Positions 1 through 10,900 of a stretch of DNA of 64,000 nt are shown one piece after another. Made by a program: the position numbers and the translations under genes. The first letter of the stretch is position 1; every line of letters starts with the position of its first letter. This stretch comes from Candidatus Krumholzibacteriia bacterium (GTDB taxonomy: Bacteria > Krumholzibacteriota > Krumholzibacteriia > WVZY01 > JAKEHA01). The stretch lies in NCBI GenBank assembly GCA_029865265.1, contig JAOUHG010000004.1, positions 1,621 through 65,620 of the forward strand. Direction: 5' to 3'. The notes beneath the pieces are model-generated. The model had not been told where the DNA came from. It saw only the letters and a list, made by a program, of their open reading frames with translations, and ran no database searches.

Positions 1-1541
1 CGCTGCGCCTGCTGGACGGCGACGTGGCCGTGGAGCAGGCGCTGCGCTCCGGCTCGCTGGCCGAGTTTGCAGGTGGCGCAGCCCCTGCGCGCGCCGTCGG
101 ATCCGAGGTGGCGGCGGACGGGTCCGCGCTGGCCGTGCTGGAATCCGCGCGCGCGCTGCGCTGGGAGGTGGGTCCCGAGTTCCAGGACTCGCTCATCGAG
201 AACCTCTACGCGGAGGCCGCGCTCATCGCGGACCGCGCCACCCTCGTCGATGGCGGCAAGAACGCCTTCGACTTCGACCGGGCCATCGACAACCTGGTGA
301 CGAGCCGCTGGTTCGGCTTCCCCATGATGATCGGAATCCTCACCGTGGTCTTCTGGGTCACGGTGTCGGGCGCCAACGTACCGTCGGCCATGCTGGCGAC
401 ACTGCTCATCGACAAGGGGCAACCGCTTCTGCACGCGTTCGGCAGCGCCATCCACATGCCGCTGTGGCTGTCCGGGCTGCTCTTCGACGGCGTGTACCTC
501 GCCACCGCCTGGGTGGTGTCGGTGATGCTGCCGCCCATGGCGATCTTCTTCCCATTGTTCACGCTGCTCGAGGACTTCGGGTATCTCGCGCGGGTGTCGT
601 TCAACCTCGATGGGATGTTCAAGCGCGCGGGCGCGCACGGCAAGCAGGCGCTCACCATGAGCATGGGTTTCGGCTGCAACGCGGCCGGTGTGGTGGCCAC
701 GCGCATCATCGACAGTCCGCGCGAACGCCTGATCGCCATCATCACCAACAACTTTGCGCTGTGCAACGGGCGCTGGCCCACGCAGATACTGATCGCCGCC
801 ATCTTCATCGGTGCGCTGGTGCCCGCGCATCTGGCGGGACTGGTGTCGGCCGCGGCGGTGGTGACCGTGGCGCTGCTCGGCGTCTCCATGACCTTCCTGG
901 TCTCGTGGCTGCTCTCGCGCACCGTACTCAAGGGTGAGGCGTCCACCTTCAGCCTCGAGTTGCCGCCCTACCGCCCGCCGCGGTTCTGGCGCACGCTCTA
1001 TACGTCGCTGATCGACCGCACCCTGTTCGTGCTGTGGCGCGCGGTGGTGTTTGCCGCGCCCGCGGGTGCGGCCATCTGGCTTTCGGGCAACGTCCAGGTT
1101 GGCGGGGTGAGCGTGGCCGAGCACCTGGTGCGCGCCTTCGACCCGGTCGGGCTCCTGATCGGCCTCAACGGGGTGATCCTGCTGGCGTACGTGGTGGCCA
1201 TTCCCGCCAACGAGATCGTCATTCCCACTATTCTCATGCTCACCGTGATGACGGCCGGCGCGGCGGGTGCAGGTGCGGGTGCGGGTGCGGGTGTCATGTT
1301 CGAGCTCGACTCCAGCGCCGACATCGGCCGCCTGCTGGTGGCCGGCGGCTGGACCACGCTTACCGCTGTGAATCTCATGCTCTTCAGCTTGCTGCACAAT
1401 CCGTGCAGCACCACCATCTTCACCATCTTCAAGGAAACCAACTCCCGCCGCTGGACCACGGTGGCGGCACTCCTGCCGCTGCTGATGGGATTCGCGGCGT
1501 GCTTCCTGGTGGCCCAGGTATGGCGGATCATCGCCGGATAG
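1..1541 (+). CDS. feoB: Ferrous iron transporter FeoB, C-terminal permease region (5' partial, continues upstream of window)
   Basis: The frame stays open back to base 3 (LRLLDGD precedes the listed start). The translation [30 protein letters not shown]... followed by many TM helices is typical of the FeoB membrane domain. Confidence 0.85.
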   Translation, partial: LRLLDGDVAVEQALRSGSLAEFAGGAAPARAVGSEVAADGSALAVLESARALRWEVGPEFQDSLIENLYAEAALIADRATLVDGGKNAFDFDRAIDNLVTSRWFGFPMMIGILTVVFWVTVSGANVPSAMLATLLIDKGQPLLHAFGSAIHMPLWLSGLLFDGVYLATAWVVSVMLPPMAIFFPLFTLLEDFGYLARVSFNLDGMFKRAGAHGKQALTMSMGFGCNAAGVVATRIIDSPRERLIAIITNNFALCNGRWPTQILIAAIFIGALVPAHLAGLVSAAAVVTVALLGVSMTFLVSWLLSRTVLKGEASTFSLELPPYRPPRFWRTLYTSLIDRTLFVLWRAVVFAAPAGAAIWLSGNVQVGGVSVAEHLVRAFDPVGLLIGLNGVILLAYVVAIPANEIVIPTILMLTVMTAGAAGAGAGAGAGVMFELDSSADIGRLLVAGGWTTLTAVNLMLFSLLHNPCSTTIFTIFKETNSRRWTTVAALLPLLMGFAACFLVAQVWRIIAG

Positions 1542-3244
1542 CGCGCGCCTGTATCGTGTCGCTGGCGCTGCTGTCGGGCTGCAACGGCGGCCCCGGGCCG
1601 CCCGGCCCGCCGGACTCGTCCTGGGACTGGGAGAACCCGCTGCCCCAGCCGCACTTCCTCTTTGGGCTGTGGGGCTCCGCCCCCGGCGACGTGTACGCGG
1701 TGGGCGACGCGGGCACGATTCTTCATTACGACGGCGCGCGCTGGTCGGGCGTGGACTCACCCACGCGCCACCGCCTCGCCCACCTGCACGGGGCCGACGG
1801 TGTTGTGTTTGCGGTGGGCGATGCCGGAACCATCCTCTCACTCAATCAGAATTCCTGGGCACCGGTTCCGTCTCCCACCAATGAGGACCTGTGGAGCGTG
1901 TTCGTACGCGACGCGTCGCGCGCGTTCGCGTGCGGCGAGAACGGGACCATTCTGCTATACGACGGGTCCGCGTGGAGCTCGATGCATTCCGGGACCAGTG
2001 CCATCCTGCGCGGCATCTGGGCGTCGCCCGCCGGCGATGCATTTGCGGTCGGGACCGACGGCGTGATTCTGCAGTACGACGGGACCGCGTGGATGCCGAT
2101 GGCGAGTGGAACCGCGCGCGCCCTGCGCGCCATCTGGGGAAGCGGCCCCGGCGACGTGTACGCGGTGGGAGACGCGGGGACGATTCTGCACTACGACGGG
2201 GCATCGTGGCAGCGCGTGCCCGCCGCCGCGACCGACAAGTTGCAGAGCGTGTGGGGGCTTGGAGCGAGCGAGGTATACGCCGCGGGCAACCGGCGCACGG
2301 TGGTGCGCTTCGACGGGGCGCAGTGGACGGTCATCGATGGTGGAACCAACGACGAGTTGTGGGAGGTATGGGGCGACGGAAGGAGCGTCGTCACGGTTGG
2401 CGGCGCGGGGTTGATCCGGCGTTACGACGGCGCGGGCTGGTCGGCCGAGAATCGCGGGCCGGTGCCGGTGATCAGCGCAATCTGGGGTGCGGGTGACGAA
2501 CCGGCGCTGGCGGTGGGATCGCGCGGCACCGTTCTCGCGCGCACGGGTGGGGCGTGGGTGGAAAGCGCGAGCGGCGTCGTCGATCAGCTGCTCGACGTGC
2601 ACGGCAGCGACCCCTCGCACGCAATTGCGGTGGGGGTGAACGGCGTCATCCTGCGCTTCGATGGCAGCACCTGGGTGCGCATGCCGTCCGGCACCGGGGT
2701 CCAGCTCTCCGGGGTGCGCGTGCGCAGCCGCGACGATGGGGTTGCGGTGGGCGACGGCGGCACCGTGCTTCGCTATGACGGCCAGGACTGGCGCGCCGAA
2801 GACGCGGGCACCGGCGAAGCACTGCTGGCCGTGTGCGAAGACGGAGCGGACGGCGCCATCGCGGTGGGGAATCGCGGGACGCTGCTGGAGTTCGACGGAC
2901 GGCAGTGGCGCACTGCGCCCGCGCTCTCCGGGGCCTTTCTGACCGACGTGTGGGCCGGGGCGGGGTTGGCGGTGGCGGTGGGTGACGGCGGGACCGTGCT
3001 CGAGCGCCGCGGTGGCACCTGGCGGCGGGCGGAGACTGCGACCGGCGCCATCCTGCTCGCGGTGTGGGGCCGGTCGCGCGACGACGTCTACGCCTGCGGG
3101 CGCGACGGCGTGGTGATACACCGTGACGCCCGGGGCTGGAAACCGCTCCCGTCGCCAACAATCCTGACGCTGGAGGGCATGTTCGGCTCCCCGGCGGGCG
3201 TGTGGTTCGCCGGAAACTACGGCGCGGTGCTGCGCCTGCAGTGA
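1520..3244 (+). CDS. Lipoprotein built of ~14 tandem Ycf48/BNR-like beta-propeller repeats
   Basis: The internal ATG at 1520 (aa 163 of ORF 1034..3244) gives [21 protein letters not shown], a signal peptide plus lipobox. The rest consists of ~40-aa repeats of the form [20 protein letters not shown]. The gene overlaps the feoB stop by 22 nt. Confidence 0.7.
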   Translation: MADHRRIARACIVSLALLSGCNGGPGPPGPPDSSWDWENPLPQPHFLFGLWGSAPGDVYAVGDAGTILHYDGARWSGVDSPTRHRLAHLHGADGVVFAVGDAGTILSLNQNSWAPVPSPTNEDLWSVFVRDASRAFACGENGTILLYDGSAWSSMHSGTSAILRGIWASPAGDAFAVGTDGVILQYDGTAWMPMASGTARALRAIWGSGPGDVYAVGDAGTILHYDGASWQRVPAAATDKLQSVWGLGASEVYAAGNRRTVVRFDGAQWTVIDGGTNDELWEVWGDGRSVVTVGGAGLIRRYDGAGWSAENRGPVPVISAIWGAGDEPALAVGSRGTVLARTGGAWVESASGVVDQLLDVHGSDPSHAIAVGVNGVILRFDGSTWVRMPSGTGVQLSGVRVRSRDDGVAVGDGGTVLRYDGQDWRAEDAGTGEALLAVCEDGADGAIAVGNRGTLLEFDGRQWRTAPALSGAFLTDVWAGAGLAVAVGDGGTVLERRGGTWRRAETATGAILLAVWGRSRDDVYACGRDGVVIHRDARGWKPLPSPTILTLEGMFGSPAGVWFAGNYGAVLRLQ

Positions 3245-3348
3245 CAGCGCCCGGCGGTGGGGTGGAAAATCAATGGACGAAACCGGGTCGCTTTCCGTAT
3301 TAGTAGGGAATTGAAGACCGGCCGCCGGCGCGGGCGGCCCGATGCAAG

Positions 3349-4683
3349 ATGTCAAACCGACTGACCCCCGAGCAATTCAAGGTGAAGTCGCTGGGTGAGT
3401 GCCGCGTGCCCTCGCCCCTCGGACTGTCTCCGCACGTGGGTGACGGACTCGCGCACTACGTACCCGACAAGACCCGGGTGTTGTACCGCATTGCCGGCGA
3501 GTCCGAGGAGGACTTTTCCACCCATCTCTTCCTGGAGCGTGCCGGTCCGCGCGACCACCTCTACTTCGACCCCGCGCACACGCGTGCGGCCGTTGTCACA
3601 TGCGGCGGCCTTTCGCCGGGGGTCAACAACGTCATCCGCTCCATCGTGCTGGAACTGCAGTTCCAGTACGGCGTGCGCGACATCATCGGGTTCCGCTACG
3701 GATACCGGGGTCTGAACCCGGAGCGCGGCTACGAGCCGGTTCCGCTTACCTACGAACTCATCCGCACCATCCACAACGAGGGCGGGTCCATCCTGGGAAC
3801 CTCGCGGGGTGCGGAGGAAGTCAACGTGATGGTGGACCGGCTGGTGGAGTTGGGTGTGGATATCCTCTTCTGCATCGGCGGCGATGGAACGCTGCGCGGC
3901 GCCCACGCCATGTACGAGGAGATCGAGCGGCGCAACCTCGACATCGCCATCGTGGGCATTCCCAAGACCATCGACAACGACATTACCTTCGTCTACAAGA
4001 CGTTCGGTTTCGACACGGCGGTGGAGGTGGTGCGCTCGGCCATCGACGGGGCGCACGTGGAGGCGATTGGTTCGGTGAACGGCGTGGGCCTGGTGAAGGT
4101 GATGGGGCGCGACTCGGGCTTTATCGCCGCCTACGGCGCGTTGGCCAGCATGCAGGTCAACTTCTGCCTCGTTCCCGAGGTACCCTTCGACCTCGAGGGC
4201 GAGGGCGGGTTCTTCGACTGCCTGGAGAAGCGGTTGCAGCGCCACGGCCACGCGGTGGTGGTGGTGGCGGAGGGCGCCGGCCAGCAGTTCTTCCCCAACG
4301 CCACGCGGGAACAGGACGCCTCCGGCAACGTCGTGCCCCGCGACATCGGCGTGTTTCTGCGCGACGAGATCGCCCGTTACCTGCGCGGGCGCGGGCAGAT
4401 GTTTTCGATGAAGTACATCGATCCCAGCTACATGATCCGCAGTGTGAAGGCCAACGCGGGCGACGCGATCTTCTGCGACAACCTGGCGCGCAACGCGGTG
4501 CACGCGGGCATGATCGGCAAGACCGACGTGGTCATCGGTCTGTGGCATGGCATCTATACGCACGTTCCCATCCCGCTCACGGTCCGCGGGCGCAAGCACA
4601 TCCACCCGGAGAGCTACCTGTGGCGCAGCGTGGTGGCGGCCACCGGCCAGCCCATGGTAATGCGCGCGCGCGCGCGACGCTGA
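3349..4683 (+). CDS. pfkA: 6-phosphofructokinase, PfkA family (GGDGT type, probably ATP-dependent)
   Basis: Motifs GGLSPGVNNVIRSIV, CIGGDGTLRGA, IPKTIDNDI and MGRDSGFIA are present. Confidence 0.85.
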   Translation: MSNRLTPEQFKVKSLGECRVPSPLGLSPHVGDGLAHYVPDKTRVLYRIAGESEEDFSTHLFLERAGPRDHLYFDPAHTRAAVVTCGGLSPGVNNVIRSIVLELQFQYGVRDIIGFRYGYRGLNPERGYEPVPLTYELIRTIHNEGGSILGTSRGAEEVNVMVDRLVELGVDILFCIGGDGTLRGAHAMYEEIERRNLDIAIVGIPKTIDNDITFVYKTFGFDTAVEVVRSAIDGAHVEAIGSVNGVGLVKVMGRDSGFIAAYGALASMQVNFCLVPEVPFDLEGEGGFFDCLEKRLQRHGHAVVVVAEGAGQQFFPNATREQDASGNVVPRDIGVFLRDEIARYLRGRGQMFSMKYIDPSYMIRSVKANAGDAIFCDNLARNAVHAGMIGKTDVVIGLWHGIYTHVPIPLTVRGRKHIHPESYLWRSVVAATGQPMVMRARARR

Positions 4684-4804
4684 ACCGGCCCACCCTTGGT
4701 TGACTGCCCGGGGAGGCACCCCGAACCGCCGCTTGAATTCGCCCCCCGCCCGGTGGTAGGCTCGCCCGACAAGTCGTAAGCAACCCTTCACTCAGGAGGA
4801 AGTC

Positions 4805-5758
4805 ATGACCCCGCTTTTCCGAACCGGCGGGATCCTGATTTCTGTGCTCGCGATTCTGATTCTCGCCCCGGGACCATCCCGGGGGGATGACGGCGCGGTA
4901 CAGAACCAGATCTCTGTCTATACCGGAGCCAATGCGCAGGGTTACCTGCAGCCGCTCGTCAATGCGTTTGGGGCGGCTCTCAACAGTACCTACAGCTACT
5001 CGGCCTACATCCCCCCTTCGAGTTTTCATATTTCGCTCGAGGTGCCGGTAATGGGCGTCTTCTTCGAAGACTCAGACCGCACCTTCACGGCGACGACGGA
5101 ACAGGGGTTCCTCCCGCAGTCGGAAGTCACGACGGCACCGACGGTGGTCGGTCCCGGGCAGGCGGTCACCGTTCCGGGCCAGGGGGGGACGCAGTTCAGC
5201 TGCCCCGGCGGGCTGAACCTCAACTCGTTTGGCCTCGTCGTGCCGCAGCTGCGCGTGTCCTCGTTCCTGGGGACCGAGGGCATCCTGCGCTGGGTGGCCT
5301 ACGACTCGGGCGACGCGGATCTTGGGAAAATCAGCCTGTTTGGCATCGGCGGCCGCCACAGCCTGTCGCAGTACATGGGGGAGACGCCCCCGCTGGACCT
5401 CGCGGTGGGGCTGCTGTATCAGACCTTCAATGTGGGCGAGAACCCGGACGGCGGCGACTTTACCTCCACCACGGCGTTCTCGATGCAGGTGCAGGCCAGC
5501 AAGCGCATGCCGGTGGGGTTCATGACCTTCGAGCCCTACACGGCGCTCGCATTCGAGACGCTGAGTGTCGACGTCGCTTATGACGACGACAACGGTGATC
5601 CGGTGACCACCACCGTGGATGGCGACAACGATGTTCGCTTCACCGTGGGCGCGGGGTTCAACTTTGTCGCCGGCCAGATTTTCGCCGATTACAGTTTTGC
5701 CGCCACCAACAACTTCTCGTTCGGACTTGCCCTGGGCAACGTCGGACGGCCCCAGTAA
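4805..5758 (+). CDS. Secreted hypothetical protein, possible outer-membrane beta-barrel
   Basis: N-terminal signal peptide (GILISVLAILILAPGPSRG), alternating beta-strand-like sequence, and an aromatic-rich C-terminus (FADYSFAATNNFSFGLALG). AGGAGG lies upstream of the ATG. Confidence 0.55.
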   Translation: MTPLFRTGGILISVLAILILAPGPSRGDDGAVQNQISVYTGANAQGYLQPLVNAFGAALNSTYSYSAYIPPSSFHISLEVPVMGVFFEDSDRTFTATTEQGFLPQSEVTTAPTVVGPGQAVTVPGQGGTQFSCPGGLNLNSFGLVVPQLRVSSFLGTEGILRWVAYDSGDADLGKISLFGIGGRHSLSQYMGETPPLDLAVGLLYQTFNVGENPDGGDFTSTTAFSMQVQASKRMPVGFMTFEPYTALAFETLSVDVAYDDDNGDPVTTTVDGDNDVRFTVGAGFNFVAGQIFADYSFAATNNFSFGLALGNVGRPQ

Positions 5759-5765
5759 AGGAGTG

Positions 5766-6374
5766 ATGACGATGAAACGGACATTGATTGTGCCGGCCAT
5801 GGTCGTCGCCCTTGCCGCGATGGCCATTCCCGGTTGCCTGGAAGACAAGGTGGTCGAGCTCGTGCTGACCGGAGAGACCTACGCCGACTTCTCGCAGGAC
5901 GAAACCACGGAGAACTTCGTGGAGCCCGCCGTCGTCGACATGGGCCAGGAGATTCGTGATATTCTGAACGAGAACGGCTACGGCACCGACGACATCCTGG
6001 AGGCACACGTGACGTCGGCGAGCTACGGCGTCACCTCGTTCAGCCAGGCGCACGACTGGGAGATCGGCGGTCGTATCGACGTCACCTACAATGGAACCAC
6101 CGAGACGGCCATCTTCTACACCGCGCAGTCGGTGCAGGGTGCGCTGGGCAAGAAGATCCCGGCGCCGCTGGAGGTCGCCGCGGTGGACCTGATCAACACG
6201 GCGCTGGATGACTTCCTGGCCGGGGCCAATCCGGTTCTCACCTTCACGGTGGTGAACGGATCGGTTACCCCGGTGCCGTCGCCGACCGACCGCATGATCT
6301 TCGACTGGCGCGCGTGGCTGGCCGTCCAGATCATCATCGAGGAGACGCTGGAAGACATTCCCGACCCGTTCTGA
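5766..6374 (+). CDS. Hypothetical lipoprotein
   Basis: An internal start after AAGGAG gives M(T)MKRTLIVPAMVVALAAMAIPGC, a lipobox. An alternative ATG lies at 5772. No recognisable domain. Confidence 0.5.
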   Translation: MTMKRTLIVPAMVVALAAMAIPGCLEDKVVELVLTGETYADFSQDETTENFVEPAVVDMGQEIRDILNENGYGTDDILEAHVTSASYGVTSFSQAHDWEIGGRIDVTYNGTTETAIFYTAQSVQGALGKKIPAPLEVAAVDLINTALDDFLAGANPVLTFTVVNGSVTPVPSPTDRMIFDWRAWLAVQIIIEETLEDIPDPF

Positions 6375-6455
6375 TCGACGGCCGCGTTTGAATCGGTGGC
6401 GCGCCCCGTGGTTCTTCCACGCGGGCGCGCCGCCACCTACCCAAGGAGCTTTCTC

Positions 6456-7910
6456 ATGACCCGCATCGACACGCTCGAGCCGAAGCACGTCTGGAGCCAT
6501 TTCGATAAGATCCGCCAGGTTCCCCGGCCCTCGCGCCACGAGGAGAAGATCCGCGAGCACATTCTCGCGTGGGCACGCGAACGTGGCTTCGAGGCGCGCA
6601 CCGACAAGGTCGGCAACACGGTGATTTCAGTTCCCGCCAGCAAGGGCCGCGAGAAGGCGCCGACGGTGGTGCTGCAGGCACACATGGACATGGTGTGCGA
6701 AAAAAACGCCGACGTGTCGTTCGACTTCATGAAGGATGCCATCCGGCTCGAAATGAACGGTGACTGGCTCAAGGCCAGCGGGACCACGCTGGGCGCGGAC
6801 AACGGTGTCGGGCTCGCCGCGGCGCTGGCGGTTGCCGACGACCCCGCTGTGGCCCACGGGCCCATCGAAATCCTGGTGACGGTAGACGAGGAAACCGGGC
6901 TGACCGGCGCGGCGGAACTGGATCCCGCGCTGATCACGGGGCGACGGCTCATCAACCTGGACACCGAAGAACTGGGCGCCATCTACATTGGCTGTTCCGG
7001 CGGCGGAAACTCCACCGTGTCCGTCCCGGTGAAGACCCAGGCCGCGCCGGCCGGGTCGGCTTTCGTCGAGGCTGCTGTGACCGGTCTGAAGGGCGGCCAT
7101 TCCGGCATGGACATCCACCTGCACCGTGGCAACGCGGTGATGACCCTCGCGCGCATCCTGCGTGTCGCCAGCGCCGGCACGCCCTTCCACCTGGCCGCAA
7201 TTCGTGGCGGAAATGCGCACAACGCCATTCCACGCGAGGCGCGCGCGGTGTGCGCGCTCAAGGAGTCGGACGTGAAGGCGTTCACCGCCGCGGTGAAGAC
7301 CGAGGGTGGACGCGCGGCGACGGAGCTTGCCGCGTCCGATCCCGAAATGACGGTCGCGGTGAAGACCGGCGCCGGGTCGGTCCCGGTGATGGACGCCGCC
7401 TCGACGCGGCGCGTTCTCAATGCGCTATCGCTGATTCCGCACGGGGTGGAGGAAATGAGCGTGGCGGTGCCGGGTCTGGTGGAGACGTCGAGCAACCTGG
7501 CCGCGGTGGAGACGAAGGAATCCGCGGTGGAGGCGCTGGTAAGCGTGCGCAGCCCCATTCGTTCCGCCATGGACATGCTGCGCGAGCGGCTGTACGCCGT
7601 GGCCGAACTGGCAGGGGGCTCGGTGAAAGACCAGACGCCCTATCCGGGTTGGAATCCAGACCTGCAGTCGGAGATGCTCAAGGTCACCAGGGGTGTGCAT
7701 GAGCGCGTGCTCGGTACCGCGCCCGAACTCAAGGCGGTGCATGCCGGGCTGGAATGCGGCGTGATCGGCGAGAAGCTGCCAGGTATCGACATGGTATCCA
7801 TCGGACCGTGGATCGAAGCGCCACACTCACCGGCGGAGCGCATCAACGTGCCGTCCGTGGCCGTGTTCTGGAAACTTCTCACTGCGGTGCTCGACGATCT
7901 TTCGCGCTGA
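6456..7910 (+). CDS. pepD: Xaa-His dipeptidase (aminoacyl-histidine dipeptidase, M20 family)
   Basis: MTRIDTLEPKHVWSHFDKIRQVPRPSRHEEKI... and VVLQAHMDMVCEKN are typical of PepD. AAGGAG lies 8 nt upstream of the ATG at 6456. Confidence 0.85.
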   Translation: MTRIDTLEPKHVWSHFDKIRQVPRPSRHEEKIREHILAWARERGFEARTDKVGNTVISVPASKGREKAPTVVLQAHMDMVCEKNADVSFDFMKDAIRLEMNGDWLKASGTTLGADNGVGLAAALAVADDPAVAHGPIEILVTVDEETGLTGAAELDPALITGRRLINLDTEELGAIYIGCSGGGNSTVSVPVKTQAAPAGSAFVEAAVTGLKGGHSGMDIHLHRGNAVMTLARILRVASAGTPFHLAAIRGGNAHNAIPREARAVCALKESDVKAFTAAVKTEGGRAATELAASDPEMTVAVKTGAGSVPVMDAASTRRVLNALSLIPHGVEEMSVAVPGLVETSSNLAAVETKESAVEALVSVRSPIRSAMDMLRERLYAVAELAGGSVKDQTPYPGWNPDLQSEMLKVTRGVHERVLGTAPELKAVHAGLECGVIGEKLPGIDMVSIGPWIEAPHSPAERINVPSVAVFWKLLTAVLDDLSR

Positions 7911-7932
7911 GGGCCACACGCCGAGGCGCGGC

Positions 7933-10900
7933 CTACTTCAGCAGAACCATCTTGCGCGTTTCGGCGCGGTCGCTGGTGGCGAGGCGGTAGAAGTATACGC
8001 CGGAGCCGGCCGGAACGCCCGCGTGGTTGCGGCCGTTCCACGCGACCGAGTGGCGACCACCGGGCAGGGCACCGTCGACGAGTGTCTGCACGCGGGCGCC
8101 GGTGACGTCGTAGACGGTCAACGTCACGCGATGGCTGCGGCCCGGTGGCAGGTCGAAGGCGATGGTAGTCACCGGGTTGAACGGGTTGGGGTAGTTTTGT
8201 CCCAGGCGCATCCGGGCGGCGTGCGCGCCTCCTCCTCCGGAGACACCCGTTGCCACCACGCTGCCGTAGGCGCCGTTACGGTGTATGTTGGCGCGCGCCA
8301 TCGGCCACGGCGCGGTCGTCGGGTCGTAGGGTGCGCTCAAGCTCCACACGTACACGATGCGGTCATAGCCAACGGCAACGATCTCGGCATTGCCATTGAT
8401 GTCCAGATCCACGACCGCCGGCGTTCCGCGCATGGCGTCTCCCACCACCAGTGGGAACCCGTCCAGGGGCACGCCCGTGGCACTCCACGCGTTGATGAGC
8501 TTCTCCTCGTGTCCCAGCAGGATGTCGGGCTGACCGTCACCGGTCAGGTCGGCGATGATGGGCGATGACTCCGTGTAGGTCTTGGTGGAGTATACGACGG
8601 GCCATCCGGGAACATCAGAGCCCGCGTAGTTGATGGCGTACAACTTCCCGTTGGACGAGGGCACGATGACCTCGAGCTTGCCGTCACCAGTGATGTCGGC
8701 CAGCGCCGGGGTCGGGTTGAAGAACAGGTTGTGGGGCAGCCAACGCGTCCACAAGAGGGTGTTGTTGTGGTGGAGGGCGTAGGTCTCACCCGTGCCACGC
8801 ACTGTCACCACCAGTTCCAGATCCCCGTTGTCGTCGATGTCACCCACCACCACGCCGCCGCCCGCATGGTTGGGCAGCGTGCGTGGCCAGCCGTTGAGAT
8901 TGCTGCCGTCCTCGTTGAACACGTACAGCTTCATGTCCTGGGTGGCGATGATAATCTCTTCCCTGTCGTCGCCGTCCAGATCCGCCAGAGAAACGGCCTG
9001 ATACTGCCACTGATTGGTGTCCGGCAGGCGCTTGAACACGCCGTTCGTCAGCGGGTTGCTGTCGCCATCCATGAGTTCGCTTCCATCGGTGTGCCACACG
9101 TACAGATACGCGTCCTGATCGACCGCGACCACCTCGAGGGCCCCGTCGCCGTCGACGTCTCCCAGCGATATGCTGGCGCGCACGAAGTCGATGGTCGCCT
9201 GTGGCCAGCCGGGAAGGACATCGCCGTTGCCGTTGAAGATGAACACCTGCCGAGAGGTGTAGGCCGGCGCCACGATATCCAGCCCCGGGGTTCCGTCGAT
9301 GCTCGCCAGGGCCGCCGGGCCGATGAAGTCGGTGCCCTGCGTGGAGAAGATCCCGAAGGTGGCAGGCAGCCCGTCGCCGTCGCGGACCTCGTCGCCGTTG
9401 CCGTGCCACGCGTACAGCTTGTCGTTGCCGACAATGATCTCGGGGTACCCGTCGCCGTCGATGTCACCGATGGATGGCGAGGTGGCCGAGGGGCCTGGCA
9501 CCTCGTTGGGCCAGCCCGGCATCTGGGGGGGGTTGGTGGACGCGGAGCCAGTGGCGGAAAAGACACTCTCGTTGCCGGACGAGTCGACCGCGGTAACCGC
9601 GTAGTAGTAGCGCGTGCTTGCGGCCAGTCCGGCATCGGTGAACACGGTGTGCGTCACAGGGTCCGGGGACGCAATGTCAAAGGGGCCCGTCGCCAGCAGC
9701 GACCGGTAGACCCGGTAGCCCGACACGTCGGGTGAGGGCGACGGAGCCCATACCACCTTGATCTTGTCCACTCCCTGGGTGGCATCGAACGACTGGATGG
9801 CCGGGGCCAGTGGTGGGCGCAATTCGATGGTGCGCTCGATGGTGCGCCCCGCGTGGTCGGTGACGATCAGTTGCAGCGGGTTCTCGACTGCGGTGTTGCC
9901 CTCGCTCAACTGGAACCCGACCGGGTTTTCCGATTGCACGAGCAGCCCGAGATCCGGGAGCTGCGCGGCGCCCACCGTGACCACGACACCGGCGTCGAGC
10001 GGGGTGAGCGTGGCCACCAGTTCTCCCGCAAGGCCGGTCCCGTAATTCTTGACCAGCACAAACAGCTGATACGGCTCTCCCGGCGAGACAACACCGTCGC
10101 CGTTACCCACCGGGAGCGCGTCGCTCGCCCGCAGGCCGACCACGTCGAGCAGCGGCGCGCGTATCACCTCGGCAAATCCGTCGCTCCATACCTGCGCGCC
10201 GTGCGTGGTCGTGACGTCGAAGCGAACGATGGCGCGGTCGAAGGCGGCCACGGCTGCTTCCACCGTCCACGTGGCGCCGGCCGGAGACCACGCCTCGTCC
10301 GGCTGTAAGGCGGGAATGCCGAGGCCGGGATTGGAGATCATGATGTCCGCCGACGGTGAACCCAGTGACGACGTGGCCGGCAGAGAAGCCGTGCCGCCCA
10401 CGTTGTGGAAACTCGGGCGCAGTTCGACGATCTCGCCCGCGTCGATACGGCCGTCGCCGTTGCCCGACGAATCACCCAGGTTGTCGTCGTCCACCAGCAC
10501 CGAATCGACCACCAGCTGCGCTCCGCCTGCCGGCAACACCTCGATCCAGCTCTGGCGGCGGCCGAGGTTGGCTCCGGTCACCACCACGCTGATGGATCCG
10601 GGCCGCGCGCTCGTGAACGGGGTCGTGAACAGCCCCGAGCCGTTGGTGGTGCCCACGACGTAGTCTTCGCCTTCCTTGTGCAGGCACACGGTGGCACCTG
10701 GCTCGGGCTGCCCCTGCACGTCGACCGCGACCACGATGTTGTTGCCGCCCGCGGCAACGGTCGCCGGCACCGCGACGGTCGCGTTGCGAACCGGTCCCGT
10801 CCACAGTGGCATGTCCGGATCCGCGAAGATGGTGTAGACGTAGTGCGTCCAGAGTTCGACGCCATCGCCCAGCACCGCCAGCGGGGTACGGCTGGCGCGC

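Noticed and set aside
1955-3355. A long antisense ORF of 466 aa. Many similar ORFs occur elsewhere: 3352..4791(-), 5072..5848(-), 18915..20174(-), 21741..23231(-), 31215..32786(+), 32960..34465(-), 40631..41923(-), 40726..41925(+), 44542..45966(-), 47356..48546(-), 52716..53915(-).
   Set aside because: All lie opposite or out of frame to genes with clear family motifs. Their translations are Arg/Pro/Gly/His-rich with no motifs. Such stop-free shadow frames are expected in high-GC DNA.
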